From Spirochaetia bacterium (GTDB taxonomy: Bacteria > Spirochaetota > Spirochaetia > UBA9216), in NCBI GenBank assembly GCA_963677925.2, contig CAXXYH010000003.1, positions 384,001-448,000 on the forward strand: 64,000 bases of DNA, written 5' to 3'. The notes under the pieces were generated by a model, which searched no databases, was not told where the DNA came from, and saw only the letters and a list, made by a program, of their open reading frames with translations. This document shows positions 1 to 10,309 of this stretch, piece after piece; positions within the stretch are counted from its first letter, which is position 1; every line of letters starts with the position of its first letter. Made by a program: the position numbers and the translations under genes.

Positions 1-231
1 ATCCTTGATGAGAACATCATATTCTTTTCCTTCAACATTGACAGTAATAATTGTACTTTCAGAATTCTTTCCGAATTTTCTCATAAACTCTCTTTCATCA
101 AGAGATACATGAACGGGTTCTGAATGCCCGTAAATAACTGCCGGAATTTTACCAGCGTTTCTGATCCTTTTGGCTGCACTCTTCCTGAACTCAGTTCTGG
201 CTACAGCGCTGAAGGTTTTATTGTCTTCCAT
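1..231 (-). CDS. rplY: 50S ribosomal protein L25/CTC (5' part, runs off window)
   Basis: Hand translation MEDNKTFSAVARTEFRKSAAKRIRNAGKIPAVIYGH...EYDVLIKD; RBS AAGGAG upstream; not in ORF track. Confidence 0.93.
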   Translation of the reverse strand, partial: MEDNKTFSAVARTEFRKSAAKRIRNAGKIPAVIYGHSEPVHVSLDEREFMRKFGKNSESTIITVNVEGKEYDVLIKD

Positions 232-273
232 TTCTGGTTCTCCTTACCCTGTTTTAAGTTGTTAATATTTATA

Positions 274-346
274 CTGGGACGGCAGGATTCGAACCTGCGT
301 ATGCCGGCTCCAAAAACCGGAGGCTTAACCGCTTGCCGACGTCCCA
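274..346 (-). tRNA. tRNA-Gln(UUG)
   Basis: TGGGACG...CGTCCCA acceptor stem, anticodon arm CCGGT-TTTTGGA-GCCGG, GGTTCGAATCC T-loop; CCA not encoded. Confidence 0.95.
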
Positions 347-434
347 AGAATAATTCATTTTCTGGTAACAGACAAGTTATAAGCCTACGATAGCGGAGTT
401 TTTTTAGATAAGTACCTGTAATAGTTCGTATTAC

Positions 435-728
435 TTAGATGTCCTCAGATTCCAGCATGATAGTTGAGTCATCTGTCAGAGCTTTTTCATACTCTTCAAG
501 AATCCTCTGCTGAAGAAGACCACGGAAATCCGAATTTATCGGATGAGCTACATCTTTGTATTCTCCGGTTTTGGTCTTCCTGCTCGGCATCGCTATAAAC
601 GCTCCATTTTTGCCTTCAATAACTTTAACATTGTGGACAACAAAACAATCCTCAAAAGTCACTGTTACATAAGCCCGCAGTTTCCCGTCAGCACTAACTC
701 TCCGAATACGGATATCAGTAATGTCCAT
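435..728 (-). CDS. spoVG: SpoVG family nucleic-acid-binding regulator
   Basis: ITDIRIR...[23 protein letters not shown]...YKDVAHPI motifs. Confidence 0.96.
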   Translation of the reverse strand: MDITDIRIRRVSADGKLRAYVTVTFEDCFVVHNVKVIEGKNGAFIAMPSRKTKTGEYKDVAHPINSDFRGLLQQRILEEYEKALTDDSTIMLESEDI

Positions 729-763
729 ACACCTCTCCTTGCTTGTACATTAATCAGGCATAA

Positions 764-1645
764 TTATTCTAATATGGCATATGGAATTCTATCAAGCGAT
801 TTTATTTTCTTAACGAATTTATATTCGGTTTTAAGGGCTTCATAAGCCCTATCAGCATCATATTCACAGTCAAACAGACCAAAAACAACAGATCCGCTGC
901 CTGTCAGGCTACTGTAGCAGGATCCCTGTGCATATAATTTACTGATAATATTTGAAAAAATATCATTACCATCACTAACTGCTGCAAGAAAATCATTGCA
1001 GAAAGAGGTCCTGAAAAGACCGGGTGCAGGTAAAACCTTTATCATAGTATCATCCGGAAGAAATGATTCTTTGTATTCTGCGGTACGCGCTAATTTTGAA
1101 TAAGCACCGCCTGTAGATATCTGAACATCAGGCTGTATGACAAGCATGTTATAAATACCATTAAAATCCAGAGCTTTGACTTTCTCACCGCGGCCCTTGA
1201 TTAAACTGTAAGGACTGCTGAAAAAAAGAGGAATATCACTGCCTATTCCGGCACCTATTTCCGAAAGCTGCTCTAAACTCATTGGATTACCTTCAAGAAA
1301 ATTCAAAGCCTTAAGTATTGCCGCCGCATCAGAAGATCCGCCGCCCATACCGGCCTGCGAAGGTATTTTCTTTTCTACCCTTACACGAATACCAATTTTA
1401 TTTCCGGATGCTTCACAATAGCTTTGCCAGGCTTTAAATATTAAATTATCCTGAGCTTTACAGTCAAAGCTACCTTCTATCTCGCATCTGTTACCAGTTT
1501 TCAAAGAACTTATGGACAAACTGTCGCAAAGATCAACAATTGTAACAAGCGAGCATATTTCATGATAACCATCCTGCCTTTTTCTTCCAACCTGCAGGTG
1601 CAGATTCAGTTTTGCAGGTGCCTCGATAAAACATACCCTGTCCAT
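764..1645 (-). CDS. ispE: 4-diphosphocytidyl-2-C-methyl-D-erythritol kinase
   Basis: APAKLNLHL, KKIPSQAGMGGGSSDAA, GSDIP, LTGSGS GHMP motifs. Confidence 0.96.
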   Translation of the reverse strand: MDRVCFIEAPAKLNLHLQVGRKRQDGYHEICSLVTIVDLCDSLSISSLKTGNRCEIEGSFDCKAQDNLIFKAWQSYCEASGNKIGIRVRVEKKIPSQAGMGGGSSDAAAILKALNFLEGNPMSLEQLSEIGAGIGSDIPLFFSSPYSLIKGRGEKVKALDFNGIYNMLVIQPDVQISTGGAYSKLARTAEYKESFLPDDTMIKVLPAPGLFRTSFCNDFLAAVSDGNDIFSNIISKLYAQGSCYSSLTGSGSVVFGLFDCEYDADRAYEALKTEYKFVKKIKSLDRIPYAILE

Positions 1646-1717
1646 AATGTCAGACTATTATACTGATAATAGTAATACTGTCAATTACTGTATATATAAC
1701 ATTTTATTCTAAATGAT

Positions 1718-1746
1718 TTGACACAATGGATGTATATTCCTATACT
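1718..1746 (+). promoter_or_regulatory. sigma70-type promoter of cheX-like gene (leaderless)
   Basis: TTGACA-17 bp-TATACT, ATG 7 nt downstream; the ORF-track TTG start is the -35 box. Confidence 0.75.
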
Positions 1747-1753
1747 TCATTTT

Positions 1754-2224
1754 ATGGGAAACAGTAATCTAGAGCTAATAAGTAATGCCTGTCTGGAAGT
1801 CTTTGTTGAGAACGGGCTAAGTCAGATAGACATAAATACCACAGGTGTATCTTTTGACAAATCCAACATAACAGCAACCATCGGAATTACCGGTGATGTA
1901 CACGGGCACCTAATCCTTTTTTCAAAACTCGACACCGCAGTTTCACTTGTAGAAGAGATTTTCAGAAACATGGGAATGCACGACGAAAAGATTGAACCCG
2001 GAGATCAGATGTTCAAGGAAACATTTGCCGAACTTCTCAATCAGCTTGGAGGAAGATCCACCATTAAACTTTCAGAAGCCGGTATTGACTCCGATATCAC
2101 CCCTCCAACTATCATTAAGGGTGATAATATTTTCATTGATACCAAGTCATACGGTTCAACAGCTATAATAAAAATTGCCGGGAATTTCGGAAGTATGGGA
2201 CTCTTTGTCGGACTTAAAAATTAA
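1754..2224 (+). CDS. cheX: CheX-family chemotaxis phosphatase
   Basis: IGITGDVHG, ETFAELLNQLGG (E-x-x-N), DITPPTIIKG; start re-assigned to ATG 1754. Confidence 0.8.
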   Translation: MGNSNLELISNACLEVFVENGLSQIDINTTGVSFDKSNITATIGITGDVHGHLILFSKLDTAVSLVEEIFRNMGMHDEKIEPGDQMFKETFAELLNQLGGRSTIKLSEAGIDSDITPPTIIKGDNIFIDTKSYGSTAIIKIAGNFGSMGLFVGLKN

Positions 2225-2318
2225 TACAACAAATTAAATAAATATAGTTGACAATAGCCTTTTCTTCTACTTAGATTAAGTTTAAGAGAATAACAATAGT
2301 TCATGGAGAGGGCTTAAC

Positions 2319-2600
2319 ATGTCTGAAGGAAACGACTTCTATTACGCCAGTGATGATGATTTTGATGATCGGTATCACGATGATGATGACTTCTACGAAG
2401 ACAATTTTGACAATTATGATTCAGAATATGATGAAGAGTACGACGAGTTTGACGAAGACGACGAAGAGCTTGAAAACTCTGCAGATGAGGATTTTGAAGA
2501 GGAAGAGTACAACGATTCATACGATGATGATCTGGAATATGACGACGATGACGATCTGGAATATGACGGAGGCGTTGATTACGACGATTTTGACGAATAA
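2319..2600 (+). CDS. Hyper-acidic low-complexity small protein (52/93 D+E)
   Basis: GGAGAGG RBS, TTGACA(2248)-18-TAGATT promoter, persistent GAN codon phase; 3' end overlaps rsfS convergently. Confidence 0.7.
   Translation: MSEGNDFYYASDDDFDDRYHDDDDFYEDNFDNYDSEYDEEYDEFDEDDEELENSADEDFEEEEYNDSYDDDLEYDDDDDLEYDGGVDYDDFDE
2521..2568 (+). repeat. 24-bp tandem duplication in the acidic ORF
   Basis: ACGATGATGATCTGGAATATGACG / ACGATGACGATCTGGAATATGACG, 1 mismatch. Confidence 0.85.
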
Positions 2601-2941
2601 ACAGATTTCCCATTAAACCAGAGCTTTTCAAGATCATAAAAATCTCTGGTTTCTTCATCAAATAGATGAATAACCATAAATCCGCAGTCGATGAAAAGCC
2701 ATGAGTAATCATCGACTTTTTTATGCCTGTTTCGGAACTCAAGTTCATTTTCAGATAGATAATTCCTAATATTTTTCAGCAAACCTCTCATATGCCCCTG
2801 ACTGTTTACAGTGGCTATTATGAAATAATCAGTCCAGCTGTTCTGATCGCGTAAATCTATTGCTATAACATCCCTGGCTTTATGTTCTTCTATTATCTGT
2901 GCAGTCTGGCGTACCAGCTCATTCTTTGCAGTATCTTCCAT
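2579..2941 (-). CDS. rsfS: Ribosome silencing factor RsfS (Iojap)
   Basis: KARDVIAIDL, DYFIIAT, W.FIDCG..VIHLF, RDFYDLEKLW. Confidence 0.95.
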   Translation of the reverse strand: MEDTAKNELVRQTAQIIEEHKARDVIAIDLRDQNSWTDYFIIATVNSQGHMRGLLKNIRNYLSENELEFRNRHKKVDDYSWLFIDCGFMVIHLFDEETRDFYDLEKLWFNGKSVYSSKSS

Positions 2942-4115
2942 CAAAATCCTTACCTAAAATTATAATAACATCATATTCATATTCGTTTATATCTTCGGGC
3001 AATTCAATACCCTCGGAACCGGCAAGTACATTGCCGCATTTTATTATGTTAGCAGCACGCTGAGCCTGCGCTATATCACTTCCTCTGTTTATCACAAGAG
3101 TCTTTTCAATCTCACCGTCATAATTTCCAATATTCGCAACATCATAACCAAAACTCTGAAAAACCTGCGAAGTTCTGGAAGCCAGTCCGTTTACAGCTGT
3201 TCCATTAAGTATCTGGAGAGCAATATTCAGTTCATCGGTACTTACAACCTCTATATTTGCAATGGAACTGACAGTCTGTTTAACAGTTTCTTTCAGAAGA
3301 TTGCCGTCATAGTGCCTGAAAAGCAGAACCTGATCATCAACAGACCTCTTCACCCCTAAAACCCGCTGAAAAACTATTCGACCAGTATCCATTTTTTCAG
3401 ATTCTGTTATAAAGGCTCTGAATGAATCACGGTCAATATTGGTCTCCATAGTCTTATAAAGGTAAGGAAACATCCGGTTATTCAGAAGCTCTGAACCTCT
3501 ATCCTGAAAAGTTTTTAAAAGTGACTGAATAAACTTTTCATGCCGTCCGCTTTTATCAATATCCGATTCTTCAGGATCCTCATAAGTTAGAAATGTTTCA
3601 GCCTTATCGCCGTCAAGTATAATACTTCCGGAAGGTAAAAGAACTGTGCGTCCGGGTTCCAGAATCTCAACCGGATTGGCTATAAACATTTCAAGCCCTT
3701 CAACAACATCAATCATGTCAGGAACTTCGCTGATATCCATCAATATATAAAAAGGTATTTCCTGATCGGTAATATTTTCAAGCTCAGAAATATACTCATC
3801 AGGATTTCCGGGCTCAAACAAAGTATCAATCCTGTCAATTTTCCCAAGTTTCTGAATAATAACCCCGGTTTCGCCGGGAATATCAAGCAGAGCCGCCTTA
3901 GCTGTTGCCGGATTATAAAACAGAATTTCAGTAAAAAGCAGCTTATCTTCATCATGAACAAGTATAACTATATTAATCTCATCACCGTTAACAACCATTT
4001 CAGTAATCTGATCAGTTCTGGTTCTGTCAAGAACAAGAAACACGGTAACTCCGATTATAATTACAATTACAACAAGGATAATCCAGCTTTTTTCAAATTC
4101 TATTTTATTCTTCAA
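2919..4115 (-). CDS. LCP family protein with LytR C-terminal domain
   Basis: N-terminal TM, LLDIPGETG, C-terminal ILNGTAVNGLA...IILGKDF; usual position between yqeK and rsfS. Confidence 0.85.
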   Translation of the reverse strand: MKNKIEFEKSWIILVVIVIIIGVTVFLVLDRTRTDQITEMVVNGDEINIVILVHDEDKLLFTEILFYNPATAKAALLDIPGETGVIIQKLGKIDRIDTLFEPGNPDEYISELENITDQEIPFYILMDISEVPDMIDVVEGLEMFIANPVEILEPGRTVLLPSGSIILDGDKAETFLTYEDPEESDIDKSGRHEKFIQSLLKTFQDRGSELLNNRMFPYLYKTMETNIDRDSFRAFITESEKMDTGRIVFQRVLGVKRSVDDQVLLFRHYDGNLLKETVKQTVSSIANIEVVSTDELNIALQILNGTAVNGLASRTSQVFQSFGYDVANIGNYDGEIEKTLVINRGSDIAQAQRAANIIKCGNVLAGSEGIELPEDINEYEYDVIIILGKDFDGRYCKE

Positions 4116-4116
4116 A

Positions 4117-4686
4117 TCAGCTCACCTTTTTTTCGAGTTCATGATATAACATAAAAGTCTGTTCAGCAACCGAATAGCCTTTAGAGCGACAGTAGGCAAT
4201 ACTGTTTCGCACAACTTCCATGACCAGCCGGTTTAGATTCATTTCACGAATACGGGCCCTGAAATTATTATCTATATGAGTCCGTCCCGGTTCAATATAA
4301 TCAGCAACATACAAAACAGAAGACAGTTCAGACATATCTCGTTTCCCGGTCGTATGCCATCTTATAGCCTCCAGGATATCTTCATCCTGAATATTAAACT
4401 GTTCCTTTGCAATAACAGCTCCTGCTCTTCCATGTAAAAGTACAGGATATTCTTTTTCAATATCACTTATACCATATCCGTCATTCTTTACTTTATCGAA
4501 CACCGTATCGTAATCAAGCTCACGTCCAATATCATGAAGCAGCCCTGCAACTCTTCCTTTTTCAGGATCACAGCCGTATAAACGACAGAGTTTTTCAGCA
4601 GTTTCAGCAGTACGTCTTGAATGCAGAAATCTTTTTTCCTTCAAATTGTTTCTGAGATAATTTTCTATCTCTTCTTCAACAGGCAT
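4117..4686 (-). CDS. yqeK: HD-domain Ap4A hydrolase YqeK
   Basis: RFLHS, GLLHDIGR, LLHG, AIRWHTTG, YVADYIEPGR; start taken at MPVEEE. Confidence 0.93.
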   Translation of the reverse strand: MPVEEEIENYLRNNLKEKRFLHSRRTAETAEKLCRLYGCDPEKGRVAGLLHDIGRELDYDTVFDKVKNDGYGISDIEKEYPVLLHGRAGAVIAKEQFNIQDEDILEAIRWHTTGKRDMSELSSVLYVADYIEPGRTHIDNNFRARIREMNLNRLVMEVVRNSIAYCRSKGYSVAEQTFMLYHELEKKVS

Positions 4687-4687
4687 A

Positions 4688-5272
4688 TTAACTGTCTCCG
4701 TATAATTTATTCTCCAGAATATATTCATAAACGCCGTCAGGCATTAAAAATCGACAGGCTCTGCCTGTTTTTATCCGGTTTCGAATATCGCTGGATGAGA
4801 TTTCTAAATAGAGATTTTCAAAAGTAATATGTTCGTAACTAAAATTTCCAGAAACGCCCTCCCCTCTGTCGGCTATTATAAGCCTTGCCTCAGAGGCAAT
4901 TTCTTCCGGACATTTCCATTTTTCGAACCCGTTTACAAGATCATCTCCTATGAGTAATCCCGGTCTCTCGTTTAAATTATACTTTTTTCTGATATACCGT
5001 ATTGTATCAATAGTATATGAAACACCACCCCTGTCTATCTCACAGGTTTCTATAATGAATCTGCGGTCTTTAACGGCCAGTTCAAGCATTCTGATCCGAT
5101 GCTCTGGAGATATAACCTGTTTTTCTTTTTTATGAGGTGATATGAAGGACGGAACAAGAATAAGCCGTTCCGCCTTATAATGCAGTAAAACATCCTCTGC
5201 AAGCTGCATATGCCCATTATGCACAGGATCATAGGTTCCGCCCGCAATAATAGTTTTTATCTGTTCAGCCAT
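4688..5272 (-). CDS. nadD: Nicotinate-nucleotide adenylyltransferase
   Basis: GGTYDPVHNGH, SYTIDT, ISSSDIR. Confidence 0.96.
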   Translation of the reverse strand: MAEQIKTIIAGGTYDPVHNGHMQLAEDVLLHYKAERLILVPSFISPHKKEKQVISPEHRIRMLELAVKDRRFIIETCEIDRGGVSYTIDTIRYIRKKYNLNERPGLLIGDDLVNGFEKWKCPEEIASEARLIIADRGEGVSGNFSYEHITFENLYLEISSSDIRNRIKTGRACRFLMPDGVYEYILENKLYGDS

Positions 5273-5277
5273 AGCCT

Positions 5278-6258
<981 letters not shown>

Positions 6259-6265
6259 TTATTAC

Positions 6266-6520
6266 TTATTCGCCTGGAACTACAGAAACGAACTTCCTTC
6301 CCATTCTGTCTTTAAATTCTACTGTCCCGTCAACTTTTGCGAAAAGTGTATCATCTTTTCCCTTGCCGACATTAGTTCCCGGATGAATTTTTGTGCCGCG
6401 CTGTCTAACGAGGATCTCTCCTCCGTTTACTACTTCGCCGCCGAATCTTTTTACACCCAGTCTCTGAGCGTTGGAATCTCTTCCGTTTTTACTGCTTCCG
6501 CCACCTTTTTTATGTGCCAT
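6266..6520 (-). CDS. rpmA: 50S ribosomal protein L27 (short form)
   Basis: [16 protein letters not shown]; in-frame TAA directly before ATG. Confidence 0.98.
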   Translation of the reverse strand: MAHKKGGGSSKNGRDSNAQRLGVKRFGGEVVNGGEILVRQRGTKIHPGTNVGKGKDDTLFAKVDGTVEFKDRMGRKFVSVVPGE

Positions 6521-6542
6521 TTACAGCTCCTTGATTACTGAA

Positions 6543-6866
6543 TTATAGAAATTTAATGATGCATTCATCAGGATAATCTTTCTCTGTTTCAATAAGTCCT
6601 GCTAAAAGCACATCAGTGAGACCTTTCAGCCAGTCACTGTTGAGCTTTGATGCATCAACTGAAAATTCAAGACTGCCGGGCCGGTCTGCGCTTCCCCTCA
6701 GAATTGCAGTACCGCAGCATTCAAATGCTCTGACAGCCCCGCGCAGCTGTGCTGAAACAGCCGCACATGCAATGCTCACTCCATCATCACGCATTTCTGC
6801 ATGACCTACGGACTTAAGCTTCTCAAGATTACCGCTTTTATCAAGCGTAATCTCCAGATTTATCAA
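6543..6866 (-). CDS. prp: Prp-family ribosomal-processing cysteine protease
   Basis: GHA...IACAAVS motif; lies between rplU and rpmA. Confidence 0.88.
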   Translation of the reverse strand: MINLEITLDKSGNLEKLKSVGHAEMRDDGVSIACAAVSAQLRGAVRAFECCGTAILRGSADRPGSLEFSVDASKLNSDWLKGLTDVLLAGLIETEKDYPDECIIKFL

Positions 6867-6867
6867 G

Positions 6868-7179
6868 TCAGGCTCCGACTATATCTTCTACTCTGACTGT
6901 TGTGTACTGCTGTCTGTGACCCTTTCTAAGACTGTAGTTTTTTCTTCTCTTATATTTGAAGATTTTAACCTTCTTGCCTTTTACCTGATCTTCAACAACT
7001 GCTGTTACTTTGGCACCTGCAACATATGGAGTACCGACTTTAACATCGTCTCCGCTTAAAAACAGAACGGAATCAAACTCAACTTTTGAGCCGTTTTCGC
7101 TATCTATTTTATCAACCCTGAGCAGGCTGCCTTTTTCCGCTTTGTACTGTTTTCCCTTAATTTCAACCAGTGCGTACAT
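6868..7179 (-). CDS. rplU: 50S ribosomal protein L21
   Basis: MYALVEIKGKQY...KGHRQQYT. Confidence 0.98.
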   Translation of the reverse strand: MYALVEIKGKQYKAEKGSLLRVDKIDSENGSKVEFDSVLFLSGDDVKVGTPYVAGAKVTAVVEDQVKGKKVKIFKYKRRKNYSLRKGHRQQYTTVRVEDIVGA

Positions 7180-7253
7180 TTATCCAACCTTAATCTAAAT
7201 TATCTGAATTGATTATATACCATGATAATAGACAAATAGTCAAGACAGAGTAT

Positions 7254-8441
7254 TTACAATACCTGCCCAACACCTATAACCTGAAAAAAATCATATTCAC
7301 TATATATTATTCCCATAATCTCAACTATTTCATCTTTCTGATTTTTCAACGGAATTCCGAATAGAAGCAGTTCCTGAGTCTCATCATTTGAAATATACAA
7401 ATGCCTGGAGCTGCATGTTTCACCGGATTTAATAGTTTCATCAATGAGTTCACTCCAGTTTTCCGACAGTGAACCCCATACTTTCCCAACAGGTTTACCG
7501 TAAAAATCATTCGGCGGCATGCCTGTAATTGATTGTATTTGACTGTTTGCATACCTGATTTTTTTTTCGAGATCAAAAATAACTATTACAGCAGGAATAC
7601 TGTCAAGTGCAGAATTAAGCCGCTGCTGTGACTCAATAAGAGCAGATTCAGCTCTGTACCGTTTGGTAATATCACGGCCTATGCCCAGAACCCCTACAAT
7701 ACTGCCCTTCCGGTCATAGACCGGAGTTTTAATTGTTTCAAGAAGTATTTTATTTTTTCCATCAGGGAATTCTATCCACTCTTCGTTCATCGTGGGCTTA
7801 CCTGCTGCCATAGCTTTCTTATCATTTTTCCTGAAAAAATCAGCCTGCTTTGTATCAACAAAGTCATAATCGGTTTTTCCCCGGATTTCATTTTCTGAGG
7901 CACCGTAATAAGCTTCAAATTTTGGATTACATGAGAGGAAAACTCCATCTGAATCCTTCAGCCAGACCATATCAGGAATTGTATTGATAAGAAGTTTCAT
8001 TTTTGTATCTGACTCAATTACATTTACATTGGCGTTATATAGTTCAAATGCCATTTCGATTGACGATTCAAGAATAAAATCACCGGAATTCTTTAATAGA
8101 TATCCATACCGTGTTATTCCCCGGACTTTTTCAACCATTTCCCGTTCAGAATGCGAAGTCAGAAAAACAATCGGAATAAACTTATGGCGGAGTATTTCAC
8201 GGGCAGCCTCAGTTCCATCCATACCGTCACCAAGATCAATATCCATCAGGATCAGGTCGGCTTTTTCGTTCAGAGCTTTCTGTACGGCTTCATCACCTGA
8301 AACGGCAGTAATAACATCATATCCAAAAGATTGAATACTCACTTTTTCAGCCATCGCGATGATAACTTCGTCTTCAACGAGTAGTATAGTTTTTCTGCCT
8401 TCCTTTGACATAAGTTTCTCCCAATTATATTCGATGACCAT
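7254..8441 (-). CDS. Receiver-PAS-PAS signalling protein, no evident output domain
   Basis: ILLVEDE, DLILMDI, PIVFLT receiver; two PAS/PAC-like repeats; start could be 8411. Confidence 0.85.
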   Translation of the reverse strand: MVIEYNWEKLMSKEGRKTILLVEDEVIIAMAEKVSIQSFGYDVITAVSGDEAVQKALNEKADLILMDIDLGDGMDGTEAAREILRHKFIPIVFLTSHSEREMVEKVRGITRYGYLLKNSGDFILESSIEMAFELYNANVNVIESDTKMKLLINTIPDMVWLKDSDGVFLSCNPKFEAYYGASENEIRGKTDYDFVDTKQADFFRKNDKKAMAAGKPTMNEEWIEFPDGKNKILLETIKTPVYDRKGSIVGVLGIGRDITKRYRAESALIESQQRLNSALDSIPAVIVIFDLEKKIRYANSQIQSITGMPPNDFYGKPVGKVWGSLSENWSELIDETIKSGETCSSRHLYISNDETQELLLFGIPLKNQKDEIVEIMGIIYSEYDFFQVIGVGQVL

Positions 8442-8489
8442 GCCTGGGTTAACTATACTTTCTATTTTAAAGGGTATTTTTCTAAATGG

Positions 8490-10259
8490 CTACATTTTCT
8501 GTAAAAATGGTATACCTACAAGCTTAAATGCATTTTTAAGTACCTGCAGAACAGCCCTTGATAATTCAAGTCTGGCGAGTGCAAGCGCTTTATCTTCACA
8601 GTTAAGCACCGGATTATCATGGTAAAACCTTGAAAAATTCCTTGCAAGTTCATACAGGAAAGATGTAATTGCCGAGGGATTAAGCTCGGCACCTGCCTGA
8701 AAGACTGCTTCAGGGTATGATGAAAGATTTTTAAGCAGTTCCTTCTCGTCATCACCGTCAAGTAGGCTGTAGTCAGGATTAACTCCGTCAAAATCAGCCT
8801 TACGCTCTTCAAACTTCCTGAACATACTTGAGATTCTTGCTCCCATATACTGAAGATAGGGACCTGTATTTCCGTTAAAAGACAGAGATTCTTTAGGATT
8901 AAAGATCATATCTTTTGAAGGTGTGGTTTGGAGCAGATAGTAGTTCAGAGCTCCGAGTGCTATAGCCTTCGAAGTTTCTTCAAGATCTTCCACCTCATCT
9001 TCACGTTCCTTGTTTTTAATTTCATTTCCGGCAAGATTGATTAAATCTGCAACAAGATCATCTGCATCAACAACGGTACCTTCCCTTGATTTCATCTTGC
9101 CTTCTGGAAGGTTAACCATTCCATAGGAAAGATGAACAAGGTCTTCAGCCCATTTAAAGCCCAATTTTTTAAGGATATAAAAAAGAACCGCAAAATGATA
9201 CTTCTGTTCTGAACCGACAACATAAATCAGCTTGTCAAAGGGCCAGTCTTCATGTCTGGCCTTGGCGGTACCGATATCCTGGGTCATATAAAGAGAAGTG
9301 CCGTCTCCGCGCAGAAGGACTTTTTTATCGAGTTTTATTTCTGATAAATCTGCCCACACTGAACCATCCTCTTCCTTATAGAAGATTCCGTCTTCAAGTC
9401 CCTTCAGAACTTCATCCTTCCCGCTCGAATATGTTTTGCTTTCATAATAAACTCGATCAAAACTGATTCCGGTTTTATCATATGTTTCCTGAATTCCGTC
9501 AATTGTCCACTTATTCATGGTTTTCCAGAGTTCATTAACTTCAGTATCGCCGTCCTCCCAGGCCTTGAGCATTTGCTGAGCCTGCGGGAGTGCTTTATCA
9601 TCGGTTTTGGACCACTGATCGAACTTTACGTAATAATCGCCTACAAAATGGTCACTCTTGATATTCTCACTTTCCGGAGTAGTTCCATTACCGAATGTCT
9701 TGTATGCAAGCATTGATTTACATATATGAATGCCCCGGTCATTGATAAGGTTAACCTTGCATACTTCAGCACCGTTTTCTTCAATTATTCTGGAAACACA
9801 GGCACCGATTGAATCATTCCGTAAATGACCAAGATGAAGAGGCTTATTTGTATTCGGACATGAAAACTCAACCATAACCTTTTTTCCTGAATAAAGATCT
9901 GATTTACCATAGGATTCATTGTCACTGAATATCTTTTCCAGGATATCACCCGCATTAGAGGCAATATTAAGCCGGATATTTACATAAGGTCCTGCTGTCT
10001 CGGCTTTTCCAGCTCCGCTTACAGCTGAATCAGCATTTATAAGTCCTGCTACAGCTTCAGCTATCTGCTGCGGTGATTTCCTTAGAGTTTTTGCATATGG
10101 AAACATCGCAAAGGCAAAATCGCCCATATCCGGTTTAGGAGGATTACCGATCATTACTTCAGAAGCTGATGAAAGCTCTAATTCCAGCCCGCAGTCCTGC
10201 GCATGCTTCTTTAATGAGTTATAGATGTGTTCTTTCCAGACTTCCTTCATATCTGTCAT
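8490..10259 (-). CDS. argS: Arginine--tRNA ligase
   Basis: VEFSCPNTNKPLHLGHLRN, KMKSREG, GNTGPYLQY. Confidence 0.98.
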   Translation of the reverse strand: MTDMKEVWKEHIYNSLKKHAQDCGLELELSSASEVMIGNPPKPDMGDFAFAMFPYAKTLRKSPQQIAEAVAGLINADSAVSGAGKAETAGPYVNIRLNIASNAGDILEKIFSDNESYGKSDLYSGKKVMVEFSCPNTNKPLHLGHLRNDSIGACVSRIIEENGAEVCKVNLINDRGIHICKSMLAYKTFGNGTTPESENIKSDHFVGDYYVKFDQWSKTDDKALPQAQQMLKAWEDGDTEVNELWKTMNKWTIDGIQETYDKTGISFDRVYYESKTYSSGKDEVLKGLEDGIFYKEEDGSVWADLSEIKLDKKVLLRGDGTSLYMTQDIGTAKARHEDWPFDKLIYVVGSEQKYHFAVLFYILKKLGFKWAEDLVHLSYGMVNLPEGKMKSREGTVVDADDLVADLINLAGNEIKNKEREDEVEDLEETSKAIALGALNYYLLQTTPSKDMIFNPKESLSFNGNTGPYLQYMGARISSMFRKFEERKADFDGVNPDYSLLDGDDEKELLKNLSSYPEAVFQAGAELNPSAITSFLYELARNFSRFYHDNPVLNCEDKALALARLELSRAVLQVLKNAFKLVGIPFLQKM

Positions 10260-10309
10260 GATCTGGTACCCTCCGGAGATGTATAGATAAAGTAGCTTAT
10301 AATGTCATA

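Noticed and set aside
124-393. 89-aa plus-strand ORF
   Set aside because: Antisense to rplY and tRNA-Gln; no motifs
2314-2748. His/Arg-rich minus ORF and Met/Thr-rich alternative-frame ORF over the acidic gene
   Set aside because: Compositions are frame shadows of GAY/GAR repeats; only the acidic frame has an RBS and promoter
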